Of a DNA stretch of 64,000 nt, positions 11,948-26,019 are shown in pieces (position 1 is the first letter of the stretch; the number at the start of each line of letters is the position of its first letter). A model generated the notes under the pieces. That model had not been told where the DNA came from. It was given only the letters and a program-made list of their open reading frames with translations, and did not search any database. The position numbers were made by a program, and so were the translations under genes. This stretch comes from Mobula hypostoma (Eukaryota). The stretch is from positions 42,038,001 through 42,102,000 of the forward strand of contig NC_086097.1 of NCBI RefSeq assembly GCF_963921235.1. Direction: 5' to 3'.

Positions 11948-14276
11948 CGATCTTGTAGTCAGGGATCCTCTTGGAAAGAGTGATTATAGTATGATTGAAT
12001 TTCACATTCGGATGGAGGATGAAATAGTTAGATCTAAAACTGATATATTATGCTTGAACAAGGGAGACTACAACGGGATGAGGGAGGTTGGCTGATGTGG
12101 ATTGGGAGCACAGGCTATTTGGTAGGACAGTTGAGGAACAGTGGAATACTTTCAAAGAGATTTTTCACAGTGCTCAACAGAAGTATATTCCAGTCAAAAG
12201 TAAGGACAGTAAGTGTGGGGAGAGCCAGCCTTGGATAACTAAGGAAATAAAAGATAGTATCAAATTAAAAGCTCGTGTGTACAAAGTCGCAAAGAGTAGT
12301 GGGAGACTGGAGAATTGGGCAAACTTTAAAAAGCAACAGGGAACAACTAAACAAGAAATAAGGAAAGAGAAGATAAGAGTACGAAAGTAAATTAGTACAA
12401 AATATAAAAACAGATAGCAAAAGTTTTTATAAATATATAAAGTGGAAGAGAGTGGCTGAAGTCAATGTAGGTCCCTTGGAAGACAAGAAGGGGAAATTGA
12501 TATTGGGCGATAAGGAAATGGCTGAGGCATTGAACAACTATTTTGTGTCAGTCTTCACAGTGGAGGACACGTCTAATATGCCAAAGAAGGATGTTATGGA
12601 CGAAATGGGAGGTGAGGACCTTGATGAAATCACTGTCACTAAAGAGATAGTGAAGAGCAAACTAGAGGGCCTGAAGGTAGATAAGTCCCCTGGTCCTGAT
12701 GGGATGCATCCCAGAGTGCTAAAGGAATTGGCGGAGGTTATAGTAGACACGTTGGTAATCATTTATCAAAACTCTCTCGACTCTGGGCAGGTCCTGGCGG
12801 ATTGGAAGACAGCAAATGTCACGCCACTTTTTAAAAAGGGATGTAGGCAAAAGACGGGCAACTATAGCCCAGTTAGCTTAACATCTGTAGTTGGGAAAAT
12901 GCTTGAAGCTGTCATTAAGGAAGAAATAGCAAAACATTTAGAAAGGAGTGGTTCTATTAGACAGACACAGCATGGATTCAGAAAGGGCAGGTCCTGTTTG
13001 ACAAAGTTACTGGAGTTCTTTGAGGACATAATGAGTGCAGTGGATAGAGGGGAACAGGTGGATGTCGTTTACTTGGATTTCTAGGAGGCGTTCGATAAGA
13101 TGCTGCACTAGAGACTTATAAATAAGATACAGATGCATGGAGTCAGAGGAAGTGTATTGGCATGGATAGTGAATTGGTTAACTGACAGACGGCAGAGAGT
13201 TGGTATAAGTGGGTGTTTCTCCGGTTGACGGTCAGTGGTGAGTGGGGTGCCACAGGGGTCGGTGCTGAGCCCGCAGCTGTTTACCATTTACATTGATGAT
13301 TTGGAAGAGGGGACTGAGTGTATCATAGCAAAATTTGCTGACGATACTAAACTGAGTGGAAAAGCAAATTGTACAGAGGATGTGGAGAGTCTGCAGAGGG
13401 ATATAAATAAGTTAAGTGAGAGTGCCAAAGTCTGGCAGATGGAATACAACGTTGGTAAATGCAAGATCATCCACTTTGTAAGGAATAATAGAAGAGTAGA
13501 TTATTAATTAAATGGTGAAAGATTGCAGCATGCTGTTGTGCAGAGGGACTTGGGAGTGCTTGTTCATGAATTGCAAAAAGTTGGCTTGCAGGTACAAGAA
13601 GTTATTAAGAAGGCACACGGAATGTTGGCCTTCATTGCTAGAGGGATTGAATTCAAGAGCAGGCAGGTCATGCTGCAACGATACAGGGCACTGGTGAGGC
13701 CGCAGCTGGAGTACTGTGTGCAGTTCTGGTCTCCATACTTGAGGAAGGACATACTGGCTTTGGAGGCAGTGCAGAGGAGGTTCACCAGGTTGATTCCAGA
13801 GATGAAGGGGTTAACTTATGAGGAGAGATTGAGTCACCTGGGACTATACTCTCTGGAGTTCAGAAGAATGAGAGGGGATCTTATAGAAACATACAAAATT
13901 TTGAAAGGGATGGATAAGATAGAAGTAGGAAAGTTGTTTCCATTGGTAGGTGAGACTAGAACTAGGGTACATTGCCTCAAGATTGAGGGGAGAAGATTTA
14001 GGACGGAGATGAGGAGAAACTGTTTTTCCCAGAGTATGGTGAATCTGTGGAATTCTCTGCCCAGGGAAGCAGTCAAGGCTTCCTCACTAAATATATTTAA
14101 GAAACAGTTAGATAGGTTTTTACATAGTAAGGGAATTAAGGGTTATGGGAAAAAGGCAGGTGGATGGAGCTGAGTTTACGGACAGATCAGCCATGATCTT
14201 ATTGAATGGTAGGGCAGGCTCAATGGGCCAGATGGCCTACTCCTACTCCTGCTCCTATTTCTTATGTTCTTATGTT
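11948..14276 (+). mobile_element. 5'-truncated CR1 LINE (ORF2 pseudogene plus 3' UTR)
   Basis: KSPGPDGMHPRVLKE, QHGFRKGRSC, GVPQGSVL, KFADDTKL, YCVQFWSP; several stops; tail (CTTATGTT)2. Confidence 0.95.
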
Positions 14277-16299
14277 CAAATGATCTTGAATCCTTAAACC
14301 AACAGCTTAGAATTCTAAATGAACATTTTCAAACAATCAAATAACAACTGGCCTTCACTCTTTGCTTTTTAAGGAAGGAAAACACCCCTTTAAACTACAC
14401 CCCCACTCCCTTGTGTCAATTACATTACTCAGTTGAAAAGGATTTTGATTTGTCAGTGAATGGTTTTCACCTGATGAGAATTTAGGTCAGCACTTACTCG
14501 CCTTAACAACTGATTGACAGTGACCTCATCATTCATCACCTGCGATATCAACAGAAGTAATTTCTCTGCAACATCAAGAGTATAGTGACCCTTTTTACAA
14601 ACTATAAAGCACTAATGAATTGATGGAGCTGCATATTGAAAGGCAAAGACAACTGATATCCGATCATCAGATCTTCACTGCAAATCAATACAGAAGACCA
14701 AAGAGACTGCTGGAACCTGGAAGAAGAAAAAATATCAAAATTCTGGAAGAGCTCGGTAGGACAAGCAGATACAAGTCACTGTTTCAGCATGATACTCTGT
14801 ATCACAGCTAAGGGAAGATTGCTAGTATACAGCAGATGGGGGGAAAGAGACTTATGAATGATATATGAAAAATGATGGATGGACAGAACATAATATTCTT
14901 CTCCCTTTGTTCTCCTTTCCCATCCTCCTCCTCTACCTAGTTCCATCTGCCAGTGATTCTCTCCCCACCTAGTTCCACCTATCATCAACGAGCTTCTATC
15001 TCCACTCTCCCCTACACTCCCAGAAGGTGTACACTGACAAGCTTTCCTCTTTCCTTTCATTCCTGATGCAGTGTCACAAACAAAATATAGGCTTACACCT
15101 TTTCCCTCTACAAATGTTGCCAGTTTGTTTTATATTAAAAAAAGATTTTTTAAAATTTATTATCCTAAAATATAAGATAAATGATTAAAGATGCAAAGGT
15201 TATGCTTGTAGCACTGCACAACTTTGACCTGTTCATATTTGCAAGCTTTCAAAATGGTCATTGTTGGTTAGTCTTGCACATATCTAGTTTTGCCTCAGGA
15301 ACGTTGTAACATCTGAACTTCTAAATAGACACCATTAAAGACTGACCCAATCCTGAAATCAGACCTCCTTCTGGATTCTATTGCACATGTTTCCTATCCA
15401 CACCCACCAACCCCCCACCCCCACCCCGCCCCGGCCCTGTCCAGATCAGGAAACTCAACCTAGAACGTTTCCCTCCAAAGTTCCTCCAGAGAACTTTGTG
15501 TTCCTCCATATTTCCATCATCTACCTCCTCATCCACCCCACTCTGCCTCTTCTCAAACTCTTGTTGATCACACGTTTTCTTGAATGAATTCTCACAAAAA
15601 CTATAACCATATGAGATGTTCACGATCTTCCAATATCTTCCAAGACATTGTGTTTCACCATCATGGGGCTGACTAGTCCTCCAACAATCAACAAACCTGG
15701 CCACTTCATAAAAGCTTTCAGAGGCAGTAGAATTTAAGGAAGGAGTTTATTTAAAATAATTAGTGGGGACTGAAGGCAGGTACCAATAGTATTTGCCAAG
15801 AATGTCAAGCAGCAATTTCAAGAAAGCAACTTGAAGCCTCAGCGTCACTGAGAAGGAAAAGTTATGACAACATTGGGAAGTTAAAACACTGGCCTTTTTA
15901 ACAGAGTAGATCACTTTTCAAAACTCTTCATTGATAATGACTAAACAAAAACAAAAACCAGAGCCAGCTACATTTCCAATATGGCAGAATTTTATATGTT
16001 GCATTATGTTCATTCCAGCATCATTCATACATTGCACAGCATTTAGTTTATGTAGGGTAGTGCTCCCATAAATAATTCATGATATCATTCATCTAGAAAT
16101 TATTGCATTTTATGCATTTGCATAATAATCATTTATTGTTACTACATTTATTGCAGTTTCTTCCTGATAACCTCAAGCAATCAAATAACCTTTCGGTATC
16201 ATGATGTAACTTTTATTCTTGTTAACCAGAAAGGGTTGATTTGAATTGATGATAAAATACTGGTCATAAGAAAGACTTTAGCCCCATGTTTTATTGAAA

Positions 16300-16590
16300 G
16301 GGCAGAGCTGGCAGAAGAGCTGCTTCACAGCTCCAGTGATCAGTCTGGTGCTGTCTGTGACAATGGTTTCCCCCACCCCCGCATGCTAGGGATTCCACCC
16401 ACCCCTCAGAAATATGCGAGTTGGTAGGATAATTGTTCACTGTAAATTGCCTTTAGTGTGTAGGTGAGTGTTAGATGCTAGGTCACTTGGTGAAAACATA
16501 GGGTGAATTAAATGGATAAACGTAAATGGTGGTGGGTGTGGACTCAATGGGTTAAAGAACCTGCTTCCTTGCTGCAGCATTTTATAGACA
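16300..16590 (+). mobile_element. Decayed tRNA/V-SINE-like element
   Basis: Contains the HE1-type 3' segment CACTGTAAATTGCCTTTAGTGTGTAGG. Confidence 0.5.
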
Positions 16591-16644
16591 TTCTCTCCTT
16601 CTGACTCCCTCGTTTATTAATAGAAATCAGGAAAATGTATTCCT

Positions 16645-18451
16645 GTCCAATTAGACCCATTGCCTCAGCTTGCTCCTGCCCCACTGAGCTCATTTCTGCA
16701 TACCTCGACACTTTTTTTCCCCCCACCTATGTTCGTTACGCTTCTCAGGATCTGAATTTTTTCCAATAATTTTAAGTTCCCTGGCCCCCACCACTTTATT
16801 TTCACTATGGATGTCCAGTCCCTATATACCTCCATCCCCCACCAGGATGGTCTCAAAGCTCTCCACTTCCTTTTGGATTCCAGACCTAACCAGTTCCCCT
16901 CTACCACCACTCTCCTCCGTCTAGTGCTATTAGTCCTTACTCTTAATAATTTCTCCTTTGGCTCCTCCCACTTCCTCCAAACTAAAGGTATAGCCATGGG
17001 CACCCGTATGGGTCCCAGCTATGCCTGCCTTTTCGTTGGCTTTGTGGAACAATCCATGTTCCAAACCTATACTGGTATCCGTCCCCCACTTTTCCTTCAC
17101 TACATCAACGACTGCATTGGCACTGCTTCCCACACACATGCTGAGCTTGTTGACTTTGTTAACTTTGCCTCCAACTTTCACCCTGCCCTCAAATTTTCCT
17201 GGTCTATCTCTCTATCTCTTGCAAAAATGCCATCCCCTTCTCGCAATTCCTCCGTCTCCGCCGCATTTGCTCTCAGGATGAGGCTTTTCATTCCAGGACG
17301 AGGGAGATATCCTCCTTTTTTAAAGAAAGGGGCTTCCCTTCCTCCACCATCAACTCTGCTCTCAAACGCATCTCTACAATTTCACGCACATCTGCCCTCA
17401 CCCCATCCTCCCGCCACCCCACTAGGAATAGGGTTCCCCTTGTCCTCACCTACCACCCCACCAGCCTCCGGGTCCAACATGTACTCCTCCGTAACTTCCC
17501 CCACCTCCAACAGTATCTCACCACCAAGCACATCTTTCACTCCCCGCCCCCCCAACTTTCTGCTTTCCACAGGGATCACTCCTTATGCGACTCCCTTGTC
17601 CATTCCTCCCATCCCTCCCCACTGATCTCCCTCCTGGCACTTATCCTTGTAAGTGGAGCAAGTGCTACATATGCCCTTACACTTCCTCCCTTACCACCAT
17701 TCAGGGCCCCAGACAGTCCTTCCAGGTGAGGCGACACTTCACCTGTGAGTCGGCTGGGGTGATATACTGCGTCTGGTGCTCCCGATGTGGCCTTCTATAT
17801 ATTGGCGAGACCCGACGCAGACTGGGAGACCATTTCACTGAACACTTATGCTCTGTCCGCCAGAGAAAGCAGGATCTCCCAGTGGCCACACATTTTAATT
17901 CCACATCCCATTCCCATTCTGATATGTCTATCCACGGCCTCCTCTACTGTAAAGATGAAGCCACACTCAGGTTGGAGGAACAACACCTTATATTCCGTCT
18001 GGGTAGCCTCCAACCTGATGGCATGAACATTGACTTCTCTAACTTCCGCTAATGCCCCACCTCCCCCTCGTACCCCATCCTTTATTTATTTATTTATTTT
18101 TCCCCCTTTCTTTCTCTTTTTTCTCCCTTTGTCCCTCTCACTATATCTTCCCCTGGTGCTCCCCTCCCCCTTTCTTTCCCCCCTAGGCCTCCCGTCCCAT
18201 GATCCTCTCCCTTCTCCAGCCTTGTATCCCTTTTGCCAATCAATTTTCCAGCTCTTGGTTCCATCCCTCCTCCTCCTCCTGTCTTCTCCTATCATCTCGG
18301 ATCTCCCCCTCCCCCTCCCACTTTCAAATCTCTGACTACCTCTTCTTTCAGTTAGCACTGACGAAGGGTCTCGGCCCAAAACGTCAACTGTGCTTCTTCC
18401 TTTCGATGCTTCCTGGCCTGCTGCATTCCACCAGTATTTTGTGTGTGTTGG
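16645..18451 (+). mobile_element. 5'-truncated Penelope-like element: RT, GIY-YIG endonuclease, 3' pLTR
   Basis: RT MDVQSLYTSIPH, GIAMGTRMGPSYACLF, LHYINDCI (YIDD site mutated). Endonuclease GVIYCVWCSRCGLLYIGETRRRLGDHFTEH...GMN. Internal deletion/frameshift near 17210-17220. Hammerhead motif at about 18354-18390 with GAAA changed to AAAA. Confidence 0.95.
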
Positions 18452-20809
18452 TTAAATGTACTTCTTTATCTTCCGTGTTGCTGGGGTGAAGTGAAGCTGT
18501 CATAGTTCTGGATTCAACCAAATTGTTATTAATATTAATTTATCATTAAACAAAATGTTTTCAGCTATTAAGATCATGCTTCGCGTAGGTATTAAGGTCA
18601 AATTGACAGCATTTTAGACCATAGGAGAAGAATTAGACCATTTGGCCCATTGAGTCTGCTCTGCTATTGCTTCATGGCTGACTTAACCCAATCCCGATCC
18701 CACTCAACCCTACTCTCATGCCTTCTCCCTGTAACCTTCAACGCCCTGACTAATTATGAACCCTATCAACCTCCGCTTTAAATATACCCAGTGACTTGGC
18801 CTCCACAGTAATGAGTTAGACTGATTCACCACGTATATCGATTATACCTGTACTCAGATGTTGTATCTTAGTTCCTTTCGTTGCTAATAATTTTGAAATT
18901 ATCATCAGTGGTTGATTATGGACCATGTTACCAAGCTGAGTGTTATTTTCACCCATGAATAAGTTATGTGTTTTGCAGCAATCTGGATTAGCTATGTGGT
19001 CAATGAATAATAATCAGTCACTGAAAAGTGTGTGCCCCTTGTATTCTTATTTGCAAAATGGTACAAAAATAACAGAAACAACAAAATTGCATGTTTAAAC
19101 ACAAATTACCCACCATTAGTAAAGAAGTTGTTCGGTTAAAAACTCAATTATCAACAACTTCAGGGAGACAGCATACTATATATCCATATGTGTAGTATAA
19201 TGGTATGAACTGATGTTTCTCTCTCTCCTGGTTGATTACCTCCTGTGATTCGTTCATATTAAGGGGAAACAGCAGCACTTTAAATGTAGTTGCTGATTAT
19301 TCTCTGTCTTACTGTCAAAAATGTTGAGATTTCCCCTCAAATACAGAAATTCTGACACTTTGGTGAACCATTTTATTTCCACAGATCTGTTCCTCAAGTC
19401 CAGCAAGGGAATCCAAAACTGCAGCAATTCCACGTAACTGTTACTGTGGATCTGCACAAGCACTTGGTAGAGAAATGGCTTCATTTATTTCAATGGATGG
19501 AATTTGATGTGAAGTTCTAAGATAGTTCCATTTACATTTTTTGAAAAGATTTTTTGAATATTTTTTATGGCTTGAGCCGTTGTGGTTTAGAAGATGCTGT
19601 CAAAAAGTCTTAAAGTGCTACAGTGCATTTTGTAGTCTGATACATGGTGCAGCCGTAGTCCACAAACTATACAAGGAGCGCATGATAGATGAAGAGTCAA
19701 TCAAACAGGCTGCTTTGCATTAGGTAGGGTTAATTTTTAATGTTTTTGGAGCTGCACTCATCCACACAATTTGAGAGTATTCCACACTTTTGACTTAGGC
19801 TTTGGAGAGTCAAGAGGTAAGAAGGTGTGAGTCTTGTTATCTCAAATTAACAAGGCTCAGAACTTCTTGTGTAGTTACAGAATTTACATGTTCTGATCAT
19901 CAGTGACTCCAAGGATATTGAGCTGGAGGCAGCAGAGATGGCAATGTCATTCAATCTCAGAGAAAGTCTGTTAGGCTCTCTCTTTACAAAGATGGTCATT
20001 CACACGTGACACAACATTATTTGATGCTTATCATCCTATGCTTGATCACTATCCCGTTTTACTGCATGTAGCATGAACCTCTTAGTTTGCAAAGGAATTG
20101 TGAATAGAATTGAAAATAGTGCAATCATCAGCCAAGAAACCCATTTCTGAACTCATGAAGAAGAGGACAGAGATCAGTACAGTGTCAATCCTTTAACCTA
20201 ATCAAAGATCAATCTAACCCTTCTCTCCCACATGGCCCTCCATTTTTAAGATGTTATCTTAGATGCGAATCTGTGTCATTCCTACCTCCCTGAGGTACAC
20301 CGACAGAAATGTCCTGGGGTTGTGGCAGCATATCTGAATTGGCCACAGCTTTTTGTGACATAGTGATAAAAGGCATAATCTTTGCTTGTCACAATGCTGA
20401 AGTTGAACTTGTAGGACCTTGCAGTGTGAGTGGTTTAAAAAAAGATAGGAGCAGCAGGATATCATCAAGACAACACGAATGTGAACTTTTAATTAACAAA
20501 TCCTTCACAATGTCCAAGTAATTATAAACTGTCCTATATGCTGCTGTTTTCAGATTGCACTGAGTTGTACTTGTCTGTTTTAAGCTTTCATTCATTCGTT
20601 CAGTTGTCTCTCCATCCCACTTCCTATTCTGTTTTATAAACAACTCCGTTGATATCCTCGCCTCACCTGTTCAGTGCTTTCCTTTAGCTTGGTAGGTGGG
20701 GTGTTCTAGAAAGTGCTGAGGCTCCTTTTTATTGAATTATAGAATGGTAGAAGGCCATTTGCCCAGCATGTGGGCGACAGTCAAAGAGGAACTGTCCACT
20801 CTTGTTATT

Positions 20810-21340
20810 CTCATCTCTTGGGTGATCCCTCGAGAATGAGGATGACTTCTTTCCACTACAGTTTTATAGGTCCTGAAGCTAATGTGGGACCCAAGCTCTT
20901 CCCACAGGTGGGGTGGAAGGTGTTTGTAGGAGGTGGGCAAAGAGGATGTTTGGAAAGAGTTGTGCTACTTCCACCAATTACACTAGGCCTCTATTTTCTC
21001 CCAGCATATCCCTACTTTTTCTCCTCTTTGATCAGTCGAGGACCAGGTTTTCCACATGGTAGTGGAGATGCTGCTTTTATTCAAAGATGTTTTGATAATA
21101 TATTTGAATTTTTTTCCTCTGTCCACCTGACGAAGACTTGGTATCACCATGTAAATGATGTGACCTGCCAGCTGGCTGAAATTAGGGCCATAGTGCTGGG
21201 GATGTTAGCCTGGGAACATTTGTTTCCCACCTTGCCTAAGATGCAAAACCTAACCAAACAAGATACCTGGACAATGTGCAGTTAGATACTTTAGGGTCGA
21301 TCATACTTTCATATGAGCATGAGGAAACATCACCTCATCA
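20810..21340 (-). mobile_element. Old RTE-clade LINE 3' remnant
   Basis: The minus-strand end GTCATCCTCATTCTCGAGGGATCACC resembles RTE 3' termini; highly decayed. Confidence 0.45.
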
Positions 21341-21363
21341 TAGGCTCCCTAAATTAAAGTACC

Positions 21364-21785
21364 AGATTATTAGATTAGATTAGATTAGATTCAACTGTAT
21401 TGTCATTGTGCCGAGTACAGGTACAAAGCCAATGAAATGCATTTAGCATCTGACCAGAAATGCAAAGAATAGTGTTATTTACAAAATAACTGCGCATAAA
21501 AAAGTGCTACAGCACACAAATATAAAAGTACTGAGACAGTACAATATGGATGCAATACTGCTTAGTGCTGTGATGTGAGGTTCAGCAGTGTCACAGCCTC
21601 AGGGAAGAAGCTCTTCCTGTGCCAGCTAGTGCAGGAGCGGAGGCTCCTGTAGCGCCTACCAGATGGGAGGAGAGTAAAAAGTCCATGGTTAGGGTGAGAT
21701 GTATCCCTGATAATGCTTTTTGTCCTGCCCAGGCAGCGTTTATGGTAGATGTTCTCAATGGTGGGCAATTGGATACCAATAATCC
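21364..21785 (-). mobile_element. Rex1/Babar LINE 3' fragment with (TCTAA)n tail
   Basis: ORF 21562..21768 (SHPNHGLFTLLPSGRRYRSL...SFFPEAVTLLN); (TTAGA)n at 21364-21390. Confidence 0.85.
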
Positions 21786-21952
21786 TGCTGATTAAAACCT
21801 GCCAGTTTAATTGGAGCTCAGTAATTAGTGTGAAGAATTCTCAAAACATTATTAACATTTCTTGTAAAAATTCATATGAACGAAGCAATTGAGGGTTGAT
21901 ATACAAGACTTTGGCATTAAAATACTTCCCCAGGTTCTGGTAACAATTAAAG

Positions 21953-22720
21953 ATTTCAAAGTACTTTTATTATCAAAATAAATATACAGTATACAAACCT
22001 GAGATTCATTTTCTTGCAGACAGCCGCAAATGAAACACCATAGAACCCAGAAAAACACAATACAAGACCATTAGATGTGCGAAAAAAAGAACAAATCGTG
22101 CAAACAGCAAAAGGTGAAACTACACACAAAACATTAAATATCAAACTGTAGAATCCCCAAAAGTGAGTCCATAGCCACAAGCCATCAAGATGAGTAAAGC
22201 CAGACCAGGAGGCCATGGCTGCAGCTATCGCCATCAGGTCAGCTCAGCGCAGTGTTGATGGCTGCAGACCACAGCAGCAGATCCCATTCCTCGCTGAAGC
22301 GCCTCGATCAAATCACACAAATAGGAAAACATGTTTATTGCTGAGAACAATAAACAGCAATTCAGTCAAAAGTGAGTCCATAGCTACGGCAATTGAACCT
22401 TCTAGTGTGGAACCTAAGATTCCTGCACCTTCTGCTGGCTGCAGCAAGAAAGAGACAGGTCGATCTCCGGCAGATGGCACTGAACACCCGTTCATTTTCC
22501 ACTCATACTCAGTTTTAATATTGCTCAGCCCTTTAACTGGCACAGAGTAATGGAGCCAACGACAAGTTCATATTCCGCCATTAGTGATCGAGACAGTGTA
22601 CACCCCCAGCAACAGCCATAGCAGCAATCTACGCCGAATTCCCAGGTCATTCAGTCGGCCCAAAATTTAAAGTTTTCTTAACACCTAAAAATGTTCATTG
22701 TTCTCAAGACAGAGTCATAA
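21953..22720 (-). mobile_element. ORF-less repeat with a Rex1-like 3' tail (related copy at 26765-27570)
   Basis: Both loci begin TTCAAAGTAC.TT...GAGATTC.T.TT....CAGACAGCC.CAAA and contain GAGTCCA motifs; no RT ORF. Confidence 0.55.
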
Positions 22721-23520
22721 ACACTTTTACCCCTGTGGTTGAGAGTTGGGAATTGGATTACTGTAGAACAGTAAATGTAGAAAGGAAACTTAATTCATGA
22801 CTTTGAGCAGAAAATCACTCTCTGAATATGGACATGATTGGCAAGGTCTGGTTCTATTGCTCTTTACACCAATCTCTCCATTGTTTCATGTAGCACATCA
22901 TCCTCCTCCTCAGTGAGTGCCTACTACAGCCCCACAGATCCTGTCAACAATTGCTCGGGTTTCTGGTAAAAGCCCAATCACACGTCGTGAAACAGGGTAA
23001 AACGATTTTCAGATTTTGTAACAATCAAAGTAATTTGTAAACTTACCATTGCTGACGTCTGTGGGTTACTTTGGTGCAGGCGACAACACATAGTGAAGGA
23101 CTAGGGAATCACTCATAGCAGTTGCTTTATTTCCATGTTTTACAACTCATGTGGACACACCAGAAACTGCTATCATTCCAATTCCAATTGAACGGAGAAT
23201 TCTGAATGTTCACAGTTATTCTCATTGCAAGATCTGGTGATAATGCTCATACCAGCAGCTGACAAAAAGGTGGTGGTGGCGTCTCTTTTAGCCCACTGCA
23301 GTGTGTGTGATATAGGACCTCCACAATGTGTGCGATCAGTATGAAGCCAAAATACCTACATCAAGATAGCATGCGAGCTGGAGGGAGGGAGGGGGCAGAG
23401 GGAAGGGGTGGAGGGGTGCATTAGTTTTCTCACACAGTGCAGATAATATCCGGAGCTACAAAATGGACATTTCACAACTCTATAGCATGCACATTATTTA
23501 TAGATGTGAATAGATCTTCG

Positions 23521-24345
23521 TGTAACCCCCTCACCAGGGCTTGTACACCAGCTCGGCTCGTTAGCGAACTCTGCTAACAGCCACGTTACTCAGCGGTGAG
23601 AAGGACACCTTTCATAAACAATATACGTCTAGTGTCAGTATGATTAGGGGTTCAACCTGTGACGGGGTCCTGAATTACCCCTATGAACTGTGCTCGTTTA
23701 CCCCTATTAACTGTGCTTTTGAATAAGAGAGAGAGAGAGTTATTTAACACCGACATGTGCTTTTGAAAAGAGAGAGAGAGAGAGACGAAGACTAACTGTT
23801 GGACTGTCACTTTAAGGCATGAGAAAGAACTGGCTAACTTTTGGATTTCTGCTGAGTTGGAGATGGCACTGAGCAGCTCATAAGTTGCTATGGTGACCGA
23901 AGGCGGCGTTATTTAATGGACAATTAATGTTATGATTTTCCGGCAGCGTGTTTATACTTCTCAAGGACATTCGCCTGCTTGTGCATCTCTTACACAGAGA
24001 GAGGAAGGAGAAGTTATTGGAATGACAGCTGGTATCCAGTACGGTGAATAAGTAGGAGGTCAGATGATATAGACCTCGGGCACATGTTTTGGACACTGAA
24101 TGAGCTTTGTTGTGCCCTCAGAAAAGTGGGTTTTTGGAGGATCGATCAGGCAGATCGATCAGTGGCTCTTGCAGTGAAAAGAAAAGACTCCCCAGTGGGG
24201 AGTTGTCCATGTGTCCACCCTTGCCTGGGTGATAGCTCCACCACAGAAAACTGATCCCCTTTGTTGTGGTCACAGTCGGTGACTTGTAAAGGATTTCGGA
24301 GGACAACGAGAAGATCGACGGCATCAGCTCACCTGAAGACTCAAA

Positions 24346-24383
<38 letters not shown>

Positions 24384-25377
24384 ACTACTCAACTCAATAC
24401 CACAAACTGAACCGAACTGAACTTTACTCATCATCGTAAGACTGTATCTTTTTACCCCTAGACTTAAAGAAGCTTGGTTTTTCGCATATATTTCCACACT
24501 TACTGATTTACTTACTTATATATAATCATTACTAACCTGTTTGATTTATTTACATTTATATTACTGTATTGCATAGTTACTAATAAATATTATTAGTTAA
24601 TAGCAATATTGGACTCCAAAGTGTTTCTATTTCTGCTGGTTCTTTATTCCTGTCACTGGGTATGTGACAAACCAAAAACGAACGTTGTGATGGTCAGATA
24701 AAAAGAACCTCGATTTGAGTAAATGTTGTGTAAATGCTGCCCATACACAATTGTTGGTCAGCAAGAAATAACAAATCGTACATCACATAAAGTTATAAAG
24801 AAAGTACGTTTACCAAATTTGCGACTTTAACAGAGAAAAAGAAAAGGAAAATGAAAGGGCCCATTACAGTTAAATGAGTCCAATGTGCACACAAACATTG
24901 GAGCTCATATTGGAATAGTTGGGGGGTGTATAATTTTATTCATGCACTGGACCCACATTCTGCATGAAAGCACCCATCACGTTCTGAACTTCCCTCTGAG
25001 CCCATCTCGAACAAACTGGTTCTCTCTCAGGAGTGTTGGCCCTTCCTCCTTGGAGCCATTCATCTGCACACCGGACTTCTTGTAACAAGGACTCTCCTAA
25101 CGGCATTCTGCGGCGTCTTCCCTTGTGCCCCGCTCCGCAGCTCCCGCCAAAAGAGCCCAAACCAGATAACAGTCCTTCAGGAAGCTCTTCGCCTCAGCTC
25201 TCTCGCACATCCCACAACCCTGACTGGCTGACACACATTACCAAGTTGGACAACATGGGAATATCTTTAGCCAGAGCCAAAACCCTCTTTCCAGCAGGTC
25301 ACACTGCTTTTTCAGAAAACTGCTAAAATGCAATACCTCACGGCAATAACAGTAGAAACCTTAACCAGGGCATTACA
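23521..25377 (-). mobile_element. Outer solo LTR (about 840 bp excluding the insert)
   Basis: Termini TGTAAC (23521) ... ATTACA (25377); ACCAGGGC near both ends; minus-strand AATAAA near 24935. The TSD is poor (TTCG/TGCA). Confidence 0.6.
23658..24669 (+). mobile_element. Inner solo LTR (1012 bp) with a 4-bp TSD AACC
   Basis: TGTGAC...GTGACA termini; AACC at 23654-23657 and 24670-24673; AATAAA at 24582-24587; internal (GA)n and (CT)n tracts. Strand is inferred from the AATAAA only. Confidence 0.8.
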
Positions 25378-25514
25378 TGCATATACCCAATTAATCTGGA
25401 ACTAATTTAGTTTGGTTGGTTAATTTGGAAGTTGAGCCATGATCACTGCATGCTGCTGTATTGTTTTCTGTATGCTGTTGATATTATTTTCTGGGTAATG
25501 TGAAGATTAAAGGT

Positions 25515-25803
25515 AAAGTTGAAGATTAGCTTTATTTGTCACATGTAGAGTACGTCCAAGCGTACAGTGAAATGGACCATTTGCGTCTAACTGAGGATGT
25601 GCCTGAGGCAGCCACCAAGACAGCCTGCTGACCCTTACTAATCTCCGCATCTTTGGAACGTGGGAGGAAACTGGAGCACATGTAGGAAACTTGCATGGTC
25701 ACGGGGAGAACGTAGAAACTCCTTACAGACAGTGGCAGGAACTGAGCCCCAATCACTGCAGCTGTAAAGCATTGTGCTAGCCACTACACTACCACTGCCG
25801 CCC
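25515..25803 (-). mobile_element. tRNA-derived V-SINE/HE1-like element
   Basis: Minus strand: GTAGTGTAGTGGCTAGCAC A-box, TGTAAGGAGTTT...GTTCTCCCCGTG...TTTCCTCCCAC V-like domain, and a 3' GTGACAAATAAAG tail. Confidence 0.75.
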
Positions 25804-26019
25804 CCATGCATGGAAGAGGAATAAAGAGTACCGCTGTATAGTGTTTTAATTTCTTAAAGAAAACTATCTGAAAAGACAATCTACCAAAAGACTACCGAGC
25901 AACACACTTCCTGAAAGTACCATGAGAATGCTGGATGAGGAAATAGTTGATTAAAGGCAGCCCAAAATGTCTTCATATCCCTGACAACAAGATCTACATA
26001 TTCCAGGTCAAGACAGGAT

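Noticed and set aside
16634..18464. TSD for the large + strand PLE (AAATGTATTC / AAATGTACTTC)
   Set aside because: Short, AT-rich and needs an indel; not counted as a TSD.
19254..19484. 76-aa ORF in non-repetitive-looking DNA
   Set aside because: No recognisable motif; length is compatible with chance.
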